A stretch of DNA of 64,000 nucleotides, taken from NCBI GenBank assembly GCA_963719225.1, contig CAVRAY010000001.1:2016001-2080000 (forward strand), given 5' to 3'. The position numbers and the translations under genes were made by a program. Under the pieces are notes generated by a model. The model was not told the DNA's origin and did not search any database. It was given only the letters and a program-made list of their open reading frames with translations. How positions within the stretch are numbered: position 1 is the stretch's first letter; every line of letters starts with the position of its first letter. Shown here one piece after another: positions 50,824 to 60,536 of this stretch. The stretch comes from Thermoanaerobaculia bacterium (lineage in GTDB: Bacteria; Acidobacteriota; Thermoanaerobaculia; UBA5066).

Positions 50824-51722
50824 AGAAAGAAGACGTTCCATCCGCCCCCCACCGGTGCGCCAGAAAGAAGGCGCCCCGTCCACGTCGATTCCGAAGGTCC
50901 CGTCAAGAGGTCGATCAGTCCCGGCCGCCTCGGCCGCGGGTGCCAGATCTCGGCGGGCAGCGACAGGTGCGCGAGCCGCGCGGCGCGATCGACCGCATCG
51001 CGGAAGTCGCCGATCTCGTCCACGAGCCCGAGGGCGAGCGCCTCCTCGCCCGTGACGACGCGCCCGTCCGACATGCGCTCGAGCGCGTCCGGCTTGAGCC
51101 GGCCCTTGCGACCCTCGGCCACGGCCGCCTGGAACTGCGCCCGGAGCTTCAGGATGAGTTCCTCGAAATACCTGCGCTCCTCGTCCGTGATCGGGCGGGT
51201 CGGGTTTCCCGCGTCCTTGAGAGCGCCGCTTTTCAGGGTGACCGTCCGGACCTTCGCCCAGTCGAGGAGGTCCCCGTAGTTCATCCACTGCATGATGACG
51301 CCGATCGATCCGGTGATCGTCCCGGGGTTCGCGACGATGTGGTCCGCGGCCACGGCCGCGTAGTACCCGCCCGAGGCGGCGACGGATTCCATCGAGACGA
51401 CGACGGGCTTGCCCGTCTCCCTCCGGAAGCGCCGGAGCTCGCTGAAGAGCTCCTGAGACGCGGCGACGCCTCCACCCGGCGAGTTGATGCGCACGACGAC
51501 GGCCTTGATGTTCGAGGCGTCGTGGAATCGCTTCAGCATCTCGCGGAAGCGGTCGGCCGAGAGGATGACCCCTTCGAGGTCGACGACGCCCACGCGGCCG
51601 CCGAGCGCGAGGGAGGGCGCGCCCGCGCGAGGCGCGAACACGAGCGCCGCCGCGCAGACGAGCAGCACGAGAAACGCGAAGGCGACGGCCGCGATGATCC
51701 ATGCGACAGTCGAACGTTTCAC
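50817..51722 (-). CDS. sppA: Signal peptide peptidase (S49)
   Basis: INSPGG, AASGGYY, TGSIGVI. Confidence 0.92.
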   Translation of the reverse strand: MKRSTVAWIIAAVAFAFLVLLVCAAALVFAPRAGAPSLALGGRVGVVDLEGVILSADRFREMLKRFHDASNIKAVVVRINSPGGGVAASQELFSELRRFRRETGKPVVVSMESVAASGGYYAAVAADHIVANPGTITGSIGVIMQWMNYGDLLDWAKVRTVTLKSGALKDAGNPTRPITDEERRYFEELILKLRAQFQAAVAEGRKGRLKPDALERMSDGRVVTGEEALALGLVDEIGDFRDAVDRAARLAHLSLPAEIWHPRPRRPGLIDLLTGPSESTWTGRLLSGAPVGGGWNVFFLW

Positions 51723-51761
51723 GCGTTCTCCTCCCGGATGCCTTTCACCGCCGTTCTCCAG

Positions 51762-53531
51762 CTACTCGTGCGGGTCCGTTCCGGCGGGAACGGCTTTCTC
51801 GTCCGTTTCGACGGATTCTTTCAGCGACTCGCCGGCATTCTCCCGGGAAGACTCTTTCACCGGCTCCGAGGGCTGCTCCGCCGAAGCCTCCGCTCCCGCC
51901 GATTCACGCGCCGGCTGTTCCACGTCGCGGGACGAAAGCCCGATGCGCTGTTCGTGCGGCTCGATCCGGAGGATTCGCACGCGCACGGGATCGCCCTCGG
52001 CATAGTGTGACGCCGGCTTCTCTCCGCGTCCGAGCGGAGTCTCGGAAACGTGCATGAGGCCCTCGAGGCCCTCGGGCAGGCGCACGAACACGCCGAACTC
52101 GGCCACCTTCGCGACCGTGCCGTCCACAACGTCGCCGGGCTGGTGCTTGCCGGCGAACTCCTCCCATTCGTTCGGCCGAAATTCCTTGATCGAGAGGCTG
52201 ATGCGCCGGTTCTCCACGTCGATCGCCGTGAGCACGGCCTGTACCTCGTCCCCCTTCTTCAGGACCTCGGACGGGTGCTTCACGCGACGCCCCCAGGACA
52301 TGTCGGAGACGTGGATGAGGCCGTCGATGCCCTCCTCGATCTCCACGAACGCGCCGAAGTCGGTCAGGTTGCGCACCGTGCCGTGGATGCGGTCTCCGAT
52401 GTGATACTTCTCGGCGAGCTGCTCCCACGGATTCGGCTCGGTCGCGCGAAGCGAGAGCGAGAGACGCCGCGTCTCGGGGTTCACGTCCGCGATGACGGCC
52501 TCGATCGTGTCTCCCACGTTCAGGAGCTTCGAGGGATTCTTGACCCGCTTCGTCCAGGACATCTCGCTCACGTGGATGAGCCCCTCGACGCCCTCTTCGA
52601 GCTCCACGAAGGCGCCGTAGTCCGTGAGGGAGACGACTTTCCCGCGCACGCGCGCTCCGACCGGGTAATGAGCGGGCAGGTCGTGCCACGGGTCGGGCTT
52701 CAGCTGCTTCATGCCGAGCGAGATGCGGCCCGTCGCTTCCTCGAACCGGAGGACCTTCACTTCCACTTCCTGCCCCACGTGCACGGCGTCCGACGGATGC
52801 GCGAGGCGGCCCCACGTCATGTCCGTCACGTGGAGGAGGCCGTCGATGCCTCCGAGATCCACGAAGGCGCCGTAATCGGTCAGGTTCTTCACGACGCCTT
52901 TCAGGATCCGGCCATCCGCGAGGGCCGCGGCGGCCTCTTTCTTCTTGGCCTCGGCCGCCTCGTCGAGAATCGCCTTGCGCGACAGCACGATGTTCCCGCG
53001 CTTCTTGTCCAGCGAGACGACGCGGAACTCCAGCTCGCGGCCCTTCAGGACGTCGAGGTTCTTGAGAGGGCGCGAGTCGGCGATCGAGCCCGGAAGGAAC
53101 GCCCGGACGCCGATGTCGACGGACAGCCCGCCCTTCACGCGTTCCAGGACGCGCCCTTTGATGGGCGTGTTTGCCGTGAACGCCTGTTCAACCAGATCCC
53201 ACGCTTTCCCGCGGCGCGCCTTCTCCCAGGAGAGCACGACGTAGCCGTTCGGACCCTCGGTCCGTTCCAGCACCGCTTCGATCTCCTGCCCCGGGTGCGG
53301 AAGGCGATCGGCCGGGACATGATGGAACTCGGAGCGGGGAATCATCCCTTCCGACTTGTAGCCGATGTCGACGAGGATCTCGTCGTTCGTCACCTGAAGC
53401 ACGCGGCCCCGGATGAGCTCTCCCTCCTTCAGAGAGCGCTCGCTCTCGGCGAGAAGGCGTGCGAACTCTCCGTTGTCCGCGCCTTCTTCGGCCTTCTGGC
53501 CGCCGTCGTTCTTCGGGTCCACAGGCGACAT
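51762..53531 (-). CDS. rpsA: 30S ribosomal protein S1
   Basis: Six S1 repeats (YGAFVDLGGIDGLLHV etc.). Confidence 0.97.
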   Translation of the reverse strand: MSPVDPKNDGGQKAEEGADNGEFARLLAESERSLKEGELIRGRVLQVTNDEILVDIGYKSEGMIPRSEFHHVPADRLPHPGQEIEAVLERTEGPNGYVVLSWEKARRGKAWDLVEQAFTANTPIKGRVLERVKGGLSVDIGVRAFLPGSIADSRPLKNLDVLKGRELEFRVVSLDKKRGNIVLSRKAILDEAAEAKKKEAAAALADGRILKGVVKNLTDYGAFVDLGGIDGLLHVTDMTWGRLAHPSDAVHVGQEVEVKVLRFEEATGRISLGMKQLKPDPWHDLPAHYPVGARVRGKVVSLTDYGAFVELEEGVEGLIHVSEMSWTKRVKNPSKLLNVGDTIEAVIADVNPETRRLSLSLRATEPNPWEQLAEKYHIGDRIHGTVRNLTDFGAFVEIEEGIDGLIHVSDMSWGRRVKHPSEVLKKGDEVQAVLTAIDVENRRISLSIKEFRPNEWEEFAGKHQPGDVVDGTVAKVAEFGVFVRLPEGLEGLMHVSETPLGRGEKPASHYAEGDPVRVRILRIEPHEQRIGLSSRDVEQPARESAGAEASAEQPSEPVKESSRENAGESLKESVETDEKAVPAGTDPHE

Positions 53532-53637
53532 GTACTCGTGCTCCTTCGCGGGCTTGAAATGGGGCCACCTAAACTGCCGTGAGGCAAATGCTTAAGCGGC
53601 CGGAACCGATGATGTTAGACGGGCGGGGGGAGACCGG

Positions 53638-54324
53638 TCAACCGGGCGGCGGAACTCTCCCGCCGACGGCCGAAAGCACCCGATCGACGACCTCCTCGAC
53701 CGGGAGCGCCGACGTGTCGATGCGCGTGTAGGTCCCGTCGTCGTGGAGCGGCGAATCGGCCCGCGTGGAATCCGCGTGATCGCGCGCTTCCATGTCCGCG
53801 AGCACCTGGTCGAACGTCTGGGGAGACCCCTTGGCTGACAGCTCCTCGAAACGCCGCCGCGCCCGGACCTCGGGCGAGGCCGTCAGAAAGAACTTGTGCG
53901 GGGTCTCGGGAACGACCTTCGTCCCGATGTCACGCCCCTCCAGGACGCCGCCGCTCTCGAGCGCGAGGCTGCGCTGCATTCCCGCGAGACGGCGCCTCAC
54001 TCCCGGCACGGCGGAGACGGCCGAGGCGTACGCGGAGACTTCCGGCGTCCGGATCTCCTGCGACACGTCCTCCCCGCTCAGCCACGTGCGCGCGTCCGCG
54101 GCGCTCCCGGTCACGCGCACGTCCACGTGGGACGCCACCGAGACGACGGCGTCAGGGTCCTGGAGCGGCAGTGCGATCCCCTTTCGCTTCACGGCGAGAC
54201 CGACGGCGCGGTACATCGCTCCCGTGTCGAGGTAGGGCACGCCGAGCCGCGCGGCCACCGCTTTTCCCACGGTCGACTTCCCCACTCCGGAGGGCCCGTC
54301 GATCGCGACGACGATTCCCTTCAC
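53638..54324 (-). CDS. cmk: Cytidylate kinase
   Basis: IDGPSGVGKST, DTGAMYR, EGRDIG. Confidence 0.96.
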   Translation of the reverse strand: MKGIVVAIDGPSGVGKSTVGKAVAARLGVPYLDTGAMYRAVGLAVKRKGIALPLQDPDAVVSVASHVDVRVTGSAADARTWLSGEDVSQEIRTPEVSAYASAVSAVPGVRRRLAGMQRSLALESGGVLEGRDIGTKVVPETPHKFFLTASPEVRARRRFEELSAKGSPQTFDQVLADMEARDHADSTRADSPLHDDGTYTRIDTSALPVEEVVDRVLSAVGGRVPPPG

Positions 54325-55109
54325 GCCCGCGCCCGGGCGCGCGCGGGCGCTCGCGGCGACGCGGGCCGAATCGCCTGCAGCGCGGCGACCTCTCCCCGCG
54401 AGAGGTCGCGAAACGCTCCCGGAGGAAGCTTCGCGTCGCGGATCGGGCCGATCGCGACGCGGCGCAACTTCGTGACGGGGTGGCCGACGAGGTCGAACAT
54501 CCGCCGGATCTGACGCGAGCGCCCCTCGCCGAGCGTCACCTTCAACCAGGAATTTCCGCCCGCGCCGTTCCTCTCCGGCGTCGTCTTGACGAGCTCGATC
54601 TCGGCGGGCGACGTGCGCACCCCGTCGTCGGGCAACGTGACGCCCCTGCGCAGCTTCTCGAGCTGGGCGGGAGTCGGAACGCCCGAAACCTTCACCTCGT
54701 ATTCTTTGCGGCAGCCTCCGGAAGGATGCGTGAGCTTGTGGACGAGCGCACCGTCGTCCGTGAGGAGGAGCAGCCCCTCGGACTCCACGTCGAGCCGCCC
54801 CACGGCCACCACGCGTTCCCCGACGCGTCCCTTCAGCAGCTCGAAGACGGTCGGGATCCCGCCGGGATCGTCCCGCGTGACGATGAGCCCTTTCGGCTTG
54901 TTCATGAGGACGTACCGGCGCGCGACGGCGACGCGCACGAGCTTTCCGTCCACCTTCACGTGGTCCTTTGCGGGGTCGGCCTTGACGCCGAGCTCTTTGA
55001 CCTTGTGTCCGTTCACGGTCACACGGCCCTCGAGGATGATCTGCTCGGCCGCGCGCCGCGACGCGATGCCGGCGGCGGACAGGATCTTCTGCAGGCGCTC
55101 GGCGCTCAT
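54321..55109 (-). CDS. rluB: S4-domain rRNA pseudouridine synthase
   Basis: ERLQKIL..ASRR, VGRLD, EGRSRQIRRM; follows scpAB. Confidence 0.85.
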   Translation of the reverse strand: MSAERLQKILSAAGIASRRAAEQIILEGRVTVNGHKVKELGVKADPAKDHVKVDGKLVRVAVARRYVLMNKPKGLIVTRDDPGGIPTVFELLKGRVGERVVAVGRLDVESEGLLLLTDDGALVHKLTHPSGGCRKEYEVKVSGVPTPAQLEKLRRGVTLPDDGVRTSPAEIELVKTTPERNGAGGNSWLKVTLGEGRSRQIRRMFDLVGHPVTKLRRVAIGPIRDAKLPPGAFRDLSRGEVAALQAIRPASPRAPARARARA

Positions 55110-55228
55110 GGTGTAGCTCCGAGGAGCACAGGTGAAAGAGAGAAAGAAAGAAAGATTTGCTTAGAAGGCAATAGGGCCTGGCCCCGCTCCGTCCGCGCCG
55201 CGCCGCTTCTGCTCATCGTTCCGTCCTA

Positions 55229-55852
55229 TTAACCATTCGAAGAATCTTCCTCTTCCTCTTCTTCTTTTCCCCTCTTCTCTTCAGCAGAAGTCTCCTGTGG
55301 AAAAAGCTCCGTCTGGGCCGTGTTCGTCTCGACCCCGTAGAGCGCGTCGAGGTCCTCCGGGCGCGGGAGGTCTTTCAGGTCCGTGAGGCCGAAGTGGACC
55401 AGGAACTCCCGCGTCGTCTTGTAGAGGAACGGCGTTCCGACGACTTCCTTGCGGCCCGCGGTCGTAATGAGCTTCTTGTCGAGAAGAGTGCGCAGCGAGG
55501 AGGCCGAGTTCACGCCGCGCAGCTCCGCGATCTCGGGCGCGGTGACCGGCTGCCGGTACGCGACGATCGAAAGCACCTCGAGACTCGCCATCGAGAGCTT
55601 GTTCTTCCCCTCGAGCCCGAGCAGGTTGCGGACGGGCAGGTCGAACTCGTTGCGCGAGACGAGGCGCGCGCCTCCCGCGACGCGGTCGATGCGCACGCCC
55701 CGCCCGCCGGCCTCGCACGCCTTCTCGAGCGCCTCGAGCGCGGCTTCGACCTCTTCTTTCGAGATCTCGGCGGCTTCGGCGAGGCGCTCGACGGTCGCGG
55801 GCTTGCCGGAGGCGAAGAGCAGCGCCTCGAGAAGCGCGACGTGCGTCGTCAC
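55229..55852 (-). CDS. scpB: SMC-Scp complex subunit ScpB
   Basis: LEALLF, VAYRQPVT..I..RGV, TTREFL.HFG. Confidence 0.93.
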   Translation of the reverse strand: MTTHVALLEALLFASGKPATVERLAEAAEISKEEVEAALEALEKACEAGGRGVRIDRVAGGARLVSRNEFDLPVRNLLGLEGKNKLSMASLEVLSIVAYRQPVTAPEIAELRGVNSASSLRTLLDKKLITTAGRKEVVGTPFLYKTTREFLVHFGLTDLKDLPRPEDLDALYGVETNTAQTELFPQETSAEEKRGKEEEEEEDSSNG

Positions 55853-56655
55853 CGGTACGCCTCCTCGTATCCGTCGAGCGAGGCCTCGGCGCCCGTGGGG
55901 TCGAGGTAGATCTCGCTGAATTCCCCTTCCTGCCGCGCCTTGACGACACGGAGCCGGAGGAGCTCGAGGACGGCGAGAAAGATCGCGATGGCCTCGGCCC
56001 GCCCCGACAGAGAGCGGAAGACGTCCGACAGCGGCACCGGGCCGTCCCCGGCCTTCACGCGCGCGAGCATTTGCTCCATTTTCTCCTTGATGGAGAACTT
56101 CTGGTGCTCGATCTCCATCGACGGCGGGTGCTGCGCCCGGTAGCGGTCGAGCGCGCCCTTGAAGAACGTCAGGAGGTCGAAGAGCGAGACTTCCGAGAGG
56201 TCGGTTTCCTCGGCCTCTCCTTCCGGCGTCTCCACCTTCGCCGGCGCGCGGCTCCAGAGCCCGAGGCGCAAGGCCTCCATCTCGTGCAGCGTCTCGGCGA
56301 CCCCCTTGTACTTGCGGTACTCGAGCAGGCGACGCACGAGCTCGTCGCGGGGATCCTCCTCCGGCGCGCTCGCCGCGGGGCGCGGCAGGACCATCTGCGA
56401 CTTGATGTGCACGAGCATCGCCTCGACATAGAGGAACTCGGCCGCGACCTCGAGGTCGAGCTCCTGCATGAGGACGAGGTACTCGTGATACTGCCGGCAG
56501 ATGTCGACGAGCGGCAGGTTGCGAATGTCGAGCTCGTTCTTCCGGATCAGATGCAGCAGCAGATCGAGGGGCCCTTCGAACTGAGGCAGCTTCACCGGAT
56601 ACGGCCCCATGAGGTCCGCACCGGCGGGGATTGGGATGCGGATGCCTTCGGTCAT
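55849..56655 (-). CDS. scpA: SMC-Scp complex kleisin ScpA
   Basis: FEGPLDLLLHLI, DPRDELV.RL.EY, FLAVLEL. Confidence 0.93.
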   Translation of the reverse strand: MTEGIRIPIPAGADLMGPYPVKLPQFEGPLDLLLHLIRKNELDIRNLPLVDICRQYHEYLVLMQELDLEVAAEFLYVEAMLVHIKSQMVLPRPAASAPEEDPRDELVRRLLEYRKYKGVAETLHEMEALRLGLWSRAPAKVETPEGEAEETDLSEVSLFDLLTFFKGALDRYRAQHPPSMEIEHQKFSIKEKMEQMLARVKAGDGPVPLSDVFRSLSGRAEAIAIFLAVLELLRLRVVKARQEGEFSEIYLDPTGAEASLDGYEEAYR

Positions 56656-57647
56656 AGGAGCTTCATGGCATCGGAGACTCTTTCCATCGTCTCCGAAGCA
56701 ATATCTCTCGCCCTCGCGCTCCCTGTCTCCAGAACGTCCTTCACGAAATCTTTCTTCGCCGTGATCTCCGCACGCTTCTGCCGGATGGGCTCGAGCGCCG
56801 CGTTCATGTTGCGGATCAGGTGCTTCTTGCAGTCCACGCAGCCGCGCGCCGCCGTGCGGCACTCGAAGTCCACCTGCTTCTGCTCCTCGGGCGGGGAGTA
56901 GAGGACGTGAAACGGGTAGAGGTTGCAGACGTCCGGGTTCCCCGGGTCGGCGCGGCGCGCGCGCCCGGGATCCGTGACCATGCTCATGACCTTTCTCTCG
57001 ACCTCGGCCGCGGAGTCCGACAGCGCGATCGCGTTGTTGTAGGTCTTCGACATCTTCCGGCCGTCGAGGCCGGGCACCTTCGGGGTCGCCGTGAAGAGCG
57101 CCTGCGGCTCGGGGAAAACATCCCCGTAGAACCCGTTGAATCGCCGCACGATCTCGCGGCAGATCTCGAGGTGGCTCTCCTGGTCCTTGCCGACCGGAAC
57201 GTAATGCGCGCGGAAGAGCGCGATGTCGGCCGTCATCAGGACCGGATAGCCGAGGAACCCGAACGTCCCGAGGTCGCGCTCGCGAAGCTGCTCGATCTGC
57301 TCCTTGTAGGTCGGCACGCGCTCGAGCCACCCGAGGGGCGTGATCATTCCGAAGACGAGCGCCAGCTCCGCCGTCTGCGGGACGCGCGATTGCACGAAGA
57401 TGACGGACTTCTGCGGGTCGAGTCCGACTGCGAGCCAGTCCGTCACGGCCTCCAACGTCGCCTCGCGGATCGTGGAGGTGTCGGCGTAATCCGTCGTGAG
57501 GGCGTGGAGATCCGCGATGAAGTACCGGCAGTCGTAGTCGGCCTGCAAGTCCACCCAGTTCTTCACGGCCCCCCAGTAGTTTCCGAGGTGGACACGGCCG
57601 GTGGGCCGAAGACCGGAAAGAACGATTTTCTTCGAAGGGATGGACAT
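56652..57647 (-). CDS. trpS: Tryptophan--tRNA ligase
   Basis: PTGRVHLGN, YPVLMTADI, VGKDQ, KMSKT. Confidence 0.96.
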   Translation of the reverse strand: MSIPSKKIVLSGLRPTGRVHLGNYWGAVKNWVDLQADYDCRYFIADLHALTTDYADTSTIREATLEAVTDWLAVGLDPQKSVIFVQSRVPQTAELALVFGMITPLGWLERVPTYKEQIEQLRERDLGTFGFLGYPVLMTADIALFRAHYVPVGKDQESHLEICREIVRRFNGFYGDVFPEPQALFTATPKVPGLDGRKMSKTYNNAIALSDSAAEVERKVMSMVTDPGRARRADPGNPDVCNLYPFHVLYSPPEEQKQVDFECRTAARGCVDCKKHLIRNMNAALEPIRQKRAEITAKKDFVKDVLETGSARARDIASETMERVSDAMKLL

Positions 57648-58312
57648 CAGGATCTCAGCCAGCCGATGACCAGGTTCTGAACGGGCCGCATGAGGAACCC
57701 GAGGACTCCCGTGAACATGAGCACGACGAGGATGATGAAGCCGAAACGTCGCAGCCAAATGATGGCGGGTATCGCAGAAGGAGGCGCGAGGCTCTCCACG
57801 ACCCCGAACCCGTCGAGCGGCGGGATCGGCAGAAGGTTGAAGATCGCCAGAGACGCGTTGACCAGCACCGAGGCTCCCGCGATGACGAACAACGGATGCA
57901 AGATCTCCCGATTCCCTTCCAAAAGGAATAACCGCTTCAGGATGGCGAAAGCGAGACCGAAGACGACGGCCAGAAACACGTTGGACAGCGGTCCTGCCGC
58001 CGACACGAGCAGGTTGGCGCGCCGCGGATTCGGAACGCCGCGGAGGGAAACGGGCACCGGCCGCGCCCACCCGAACACCGGCAGACCCGAGAACGCGAGC
58101 AGCGCCGGAAAGAGCAGGCTGCCGATCGGATCGAGATGCTTGATGGGATTCATCGTGATGCGCCCGAGGTCGCGCGCCGTGTTGTCGCCGCACTTCATCG
58201 CCACGTAGCCGTGCGCCGACTCGTGAAACGAGACGGCGAACAGCAGCACGACGATCTGGATGATGATTTCGAGTGTTTTCTGGGGGTCCACGGCGCCTTC
58301 GGGCGCGGTCAC
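57647..58312 (-). CDS. Site-2 protease (M50)
   Basis: HESAH, AGPLSN, FNLLPIPPLDG. Confidence 0.92.
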   Translation of the reverse strand: MTAPEGAVDPQKTLEIIIQIVVLLFAVSFHESAHGYVAMKCGDNTARDLGRITMNPIKHLDPIGSLLFPALLAFSGLPVFGWARPVPVSLRGVPNPRRANLLVSAAGPLSNVFLAVVFGLAFAILKRLFLLEGNREILHPLFVIAGASVLVNASLAIFNLLPIPPLDGFGVVESLAPPSAIPAIIWLRRFGFIILVVLMFTGVLGFLMRPVQNLVIGWLRS

Positions 58313-58350
58313 ACCGCGCGGCGCCGGATGTTAACCCGGAACGCCGGGCC

Positions 58351-60531
58351 TCAGTCCCCCGCCGGCAGGCTCGCCGCGCGAAGAAAGAGCGGCTCGCGGA
58401 ACGCGGCGTCGCCTCCGGCCGCGATGATCTTTTCCGCCTCGTCGCGGGCTTCCTTCATCCACCTCACGTCGCGGACGAGATCGCCGACGCGGAAGAGAGG
58501 GACGCCGCTCTGGCGCGTTCCGAGCGCGTCGCCGGGGCCCCGGCGACGGAGGTCCTCCTCGGCCACGACGAAGCCGTCGTCCGTCTTCTCGAGGATCCCG
58601 AGCCGTTCGCGCGACTCCATCGAGACCTTCGGCCCGAAGAGGAGGACGCAGCGCGAGACACGCCGGCCACGCCCGACGCGCCCCCGCAGCTGGTGGAGCT
58701 GCGCGAGGCCGAAGCGCTCCGCGTTCTCGACGAGCATGTAGGAGGCGTTCGGGACGTCGACGCCGACCTCGATCACGGTCGTCGCCGCGAGGATGTCGAG
58801 TCGCCCGCCTGCGAACTCTCCCATCGTGCGCTCTCGCTCCTCTGGGGGCAGGCGGCCGTGAACGACGCCCACGCGGCGGCCGGGGAGCGCTCTCCGGATC
58901 TCGTTCGCGTGCTTCTCGACCGCGCGCGCCTCGATCTTGTCCGACTCCTCGATGAGCGGAACGACGACGTAAGCCTGGCCTCCCGCGCGGATCTCGCCCT
59001 CGATCTCTCGGAACGCGGCCGCGCGCTCCACCTCCGGAAGGACGCGCGTCGTGATCGCCGTTCGGCCCGGAGGCTTCTCGTCGAGCGTCGAGACGTCGAG
59101 GTCGCCGTAGAGCGTCAGCGCGAGGGAGCGCGGAATCGGCGTCGCGGACATGACGAGGAGATGGGAACGCGCGCCGGGCTCGGCTTTCGCCGCGATCGTC
59201 GTCCGCTGCGCGACGCCGAAGCGATGCTGTTCGTCGATCACGATGAGTCCGAGCCGCCGGAACTCGACGGGGTCCTCGAGGAGCGCGTGCGTTCCGACGA
59301 GGAGGTCGATGCGGCCGCCCGCGAGCGCGTCGAGGAGCTGCGCGCGCGTCTTCCCTTTCACCCGGCCGGTCAGGAGCTCGGCGCGGAATCGCGTCTTGCC
59401 GAAGATCCGGAAGATCGACGAAAAGTGCTGCTCCGCGAGGATCTCGGTCGGCGCCATGAGCGCCGTCTGGAAGCCGCACTCGGCGGCGAGGATCGCCGAG
59501 AGCACGGCGACGATCGTCTTCCCGCTTCCGACGTCTCCCTGGAGCAGCCTTCGCATCGGGCGGCCCGCCCGGAAGTCCGCGCCGATCTCCCGGATCACGC
59601 GCTTCTGCGCCCCCGTCAGGGTGAACGGAAGCGCGTCCTTGAGTCGCGCGCGGATCGTCTCGTCGGCCGACAGGACGGGAGCCGGCACGGCCGCGCGCTC
59701 CCGGCGGCGGCGCTGCAATCCGACCTGAAACTCCAGGAACTCCTCGTACACGAGGCGGTGGAGATATGGCGAACGCCGCTCTGTCCACTCCTCCGCGTCC
59801 GCTCGGCCCCCGGCGCTGCCCGGGAAATGGGCTTCTCTCAGCGAGTCGGCGAGAGAAGGGATTTTTTGCTCCCTCCCGCCAATGCCATCGAGTCGCTCGG
59901 GGAGATGGTCTGCAAAATTTCTTAGAAGGCGGAAGACGAGAGTTCGCCGCGCCCGCGGCGTCAGTCCCGGCAACTTGCGATAAATGGGCACCACCCGGCC
60001 GACCGATAGCGGGTCCACTGCGCGCCTCGTTCTTTCACCCTTGCCTGCACCCTTTCCCGTACCGTTCCCCTTTCCCTCTTCCCCTTCTAAGAATTCTTCT
60101 ATTTGTTCTTCTACTAATTCTTCTATCTGAGGGTTCTCCATGACGAGACCGCGCCGATAACGAGCGGACTGTGTCGCGACGCCGTAAACCCAGAACGTCT
60201 TCTTCGGCGTCATCCATCTCTGGAGGTATGGCTGGTTGAAGAAGACGAGGCGGAGGGGGCCCGAGCCGTCGTCGAGGATCGCCTCGAAGATCGTGAAGCC
60301 GCGGCGCCGCGTGCGGATCAGGCGCGCGGAAAGGACCGTGCCCTTGACCGTCGTCGCGGGGCCCTCCGGCACGAGATCCGCGATCGGCGCGATGCGCGTC
60401 CGGTCCTCGTAGCGGAAAGGCAGATGGAGGAGGAGGTCGAGAGCCGATTCGACCCCCGCCTCGGCCAGCTCGCGGGCCCGCGCCGCGCCGATGCCGGGGA
60501 GGTTCGCGAGGAGCGGCAGCGGGACGGGAAT
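58351..60531 (-). CDS. recG: ATP-dependent DNA helicase RecG (non-canonical start likely)
   Basis: QGDVGSGKT, DEQHRFG, SATPIPR, QLRGRVGR; the RecG-like N-terminus LPGIG..DLLLHLPFRYEDR lies upstream of the first GTG (60372). Confidence 0.93.
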   Translation of the reverse strand: MPVPLPLLANLPGIGAARARELAEAGVESALDLLLHLPFRYEDRTRIAPIADLVPEGPATTVKGTVLSARLIRTRRRGFTIFEAILDDGSGPLRLVFFNQPYLQRWMTPKKTFWVYGVATQSARYRRGLVMENPQIEELVEEQIEEFLEGEEGKGNGTGKGAGKGERTRRAVDPLSVGRVVPIYRKLPGLTPRARRTLVFRLLRNFADHLPERLDGIGGREQKIPSLADSLREAHFPGSAGGRADAEEWTERRSPYLHRLVYEEFLEFQVGLQRRRRERAAVPAPVLSADETIRARLKDALPFTLTGAQKRVIREIGADFRAGRPMRRLLQGDVGSGKTIVAVLSAILAAECGFQTALMAPTEILAEQHFSSIFRIFGKTRFRAELLTGRVKGKTRAQLLDALAGGRIDLLVGTHALLEDPVEFRRLGLIVIDEQHRFGVAQRTTIAAKAEPGARSHLLVMSATPIPRSLALTLYGDLDVSTLDEKPPGRTAITTRVLPEVERAAAFREIEGEIRAGGQAYVVVPLIEESDKIEARAVEKHANEIRRALPGRRVGVVHGRLPPEERERTMGEFAGGRLDILAATTVIEVGVDVPNASYMLVENAERFGLAQLHQLRGRVGRGRRVSRCVLLFGPKVSMESRERLGILEKTDDGFVVAEEDLRRRGPGDALGTRQSGVPLFRVGDLVRDVRWMKEARDEAEKIIAAGGDAAFREPLFLRAASLPAGD

Positions 60532-60536
60532 GTCTC

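Noticed and set aside
21449-60091. Polar replication fork trap (Ter/Tus or RTP-like) explanation
   Set aside because: Both orientations occur on both sides of dif as pairs, unlike polar Ter arrays; not formally excluded
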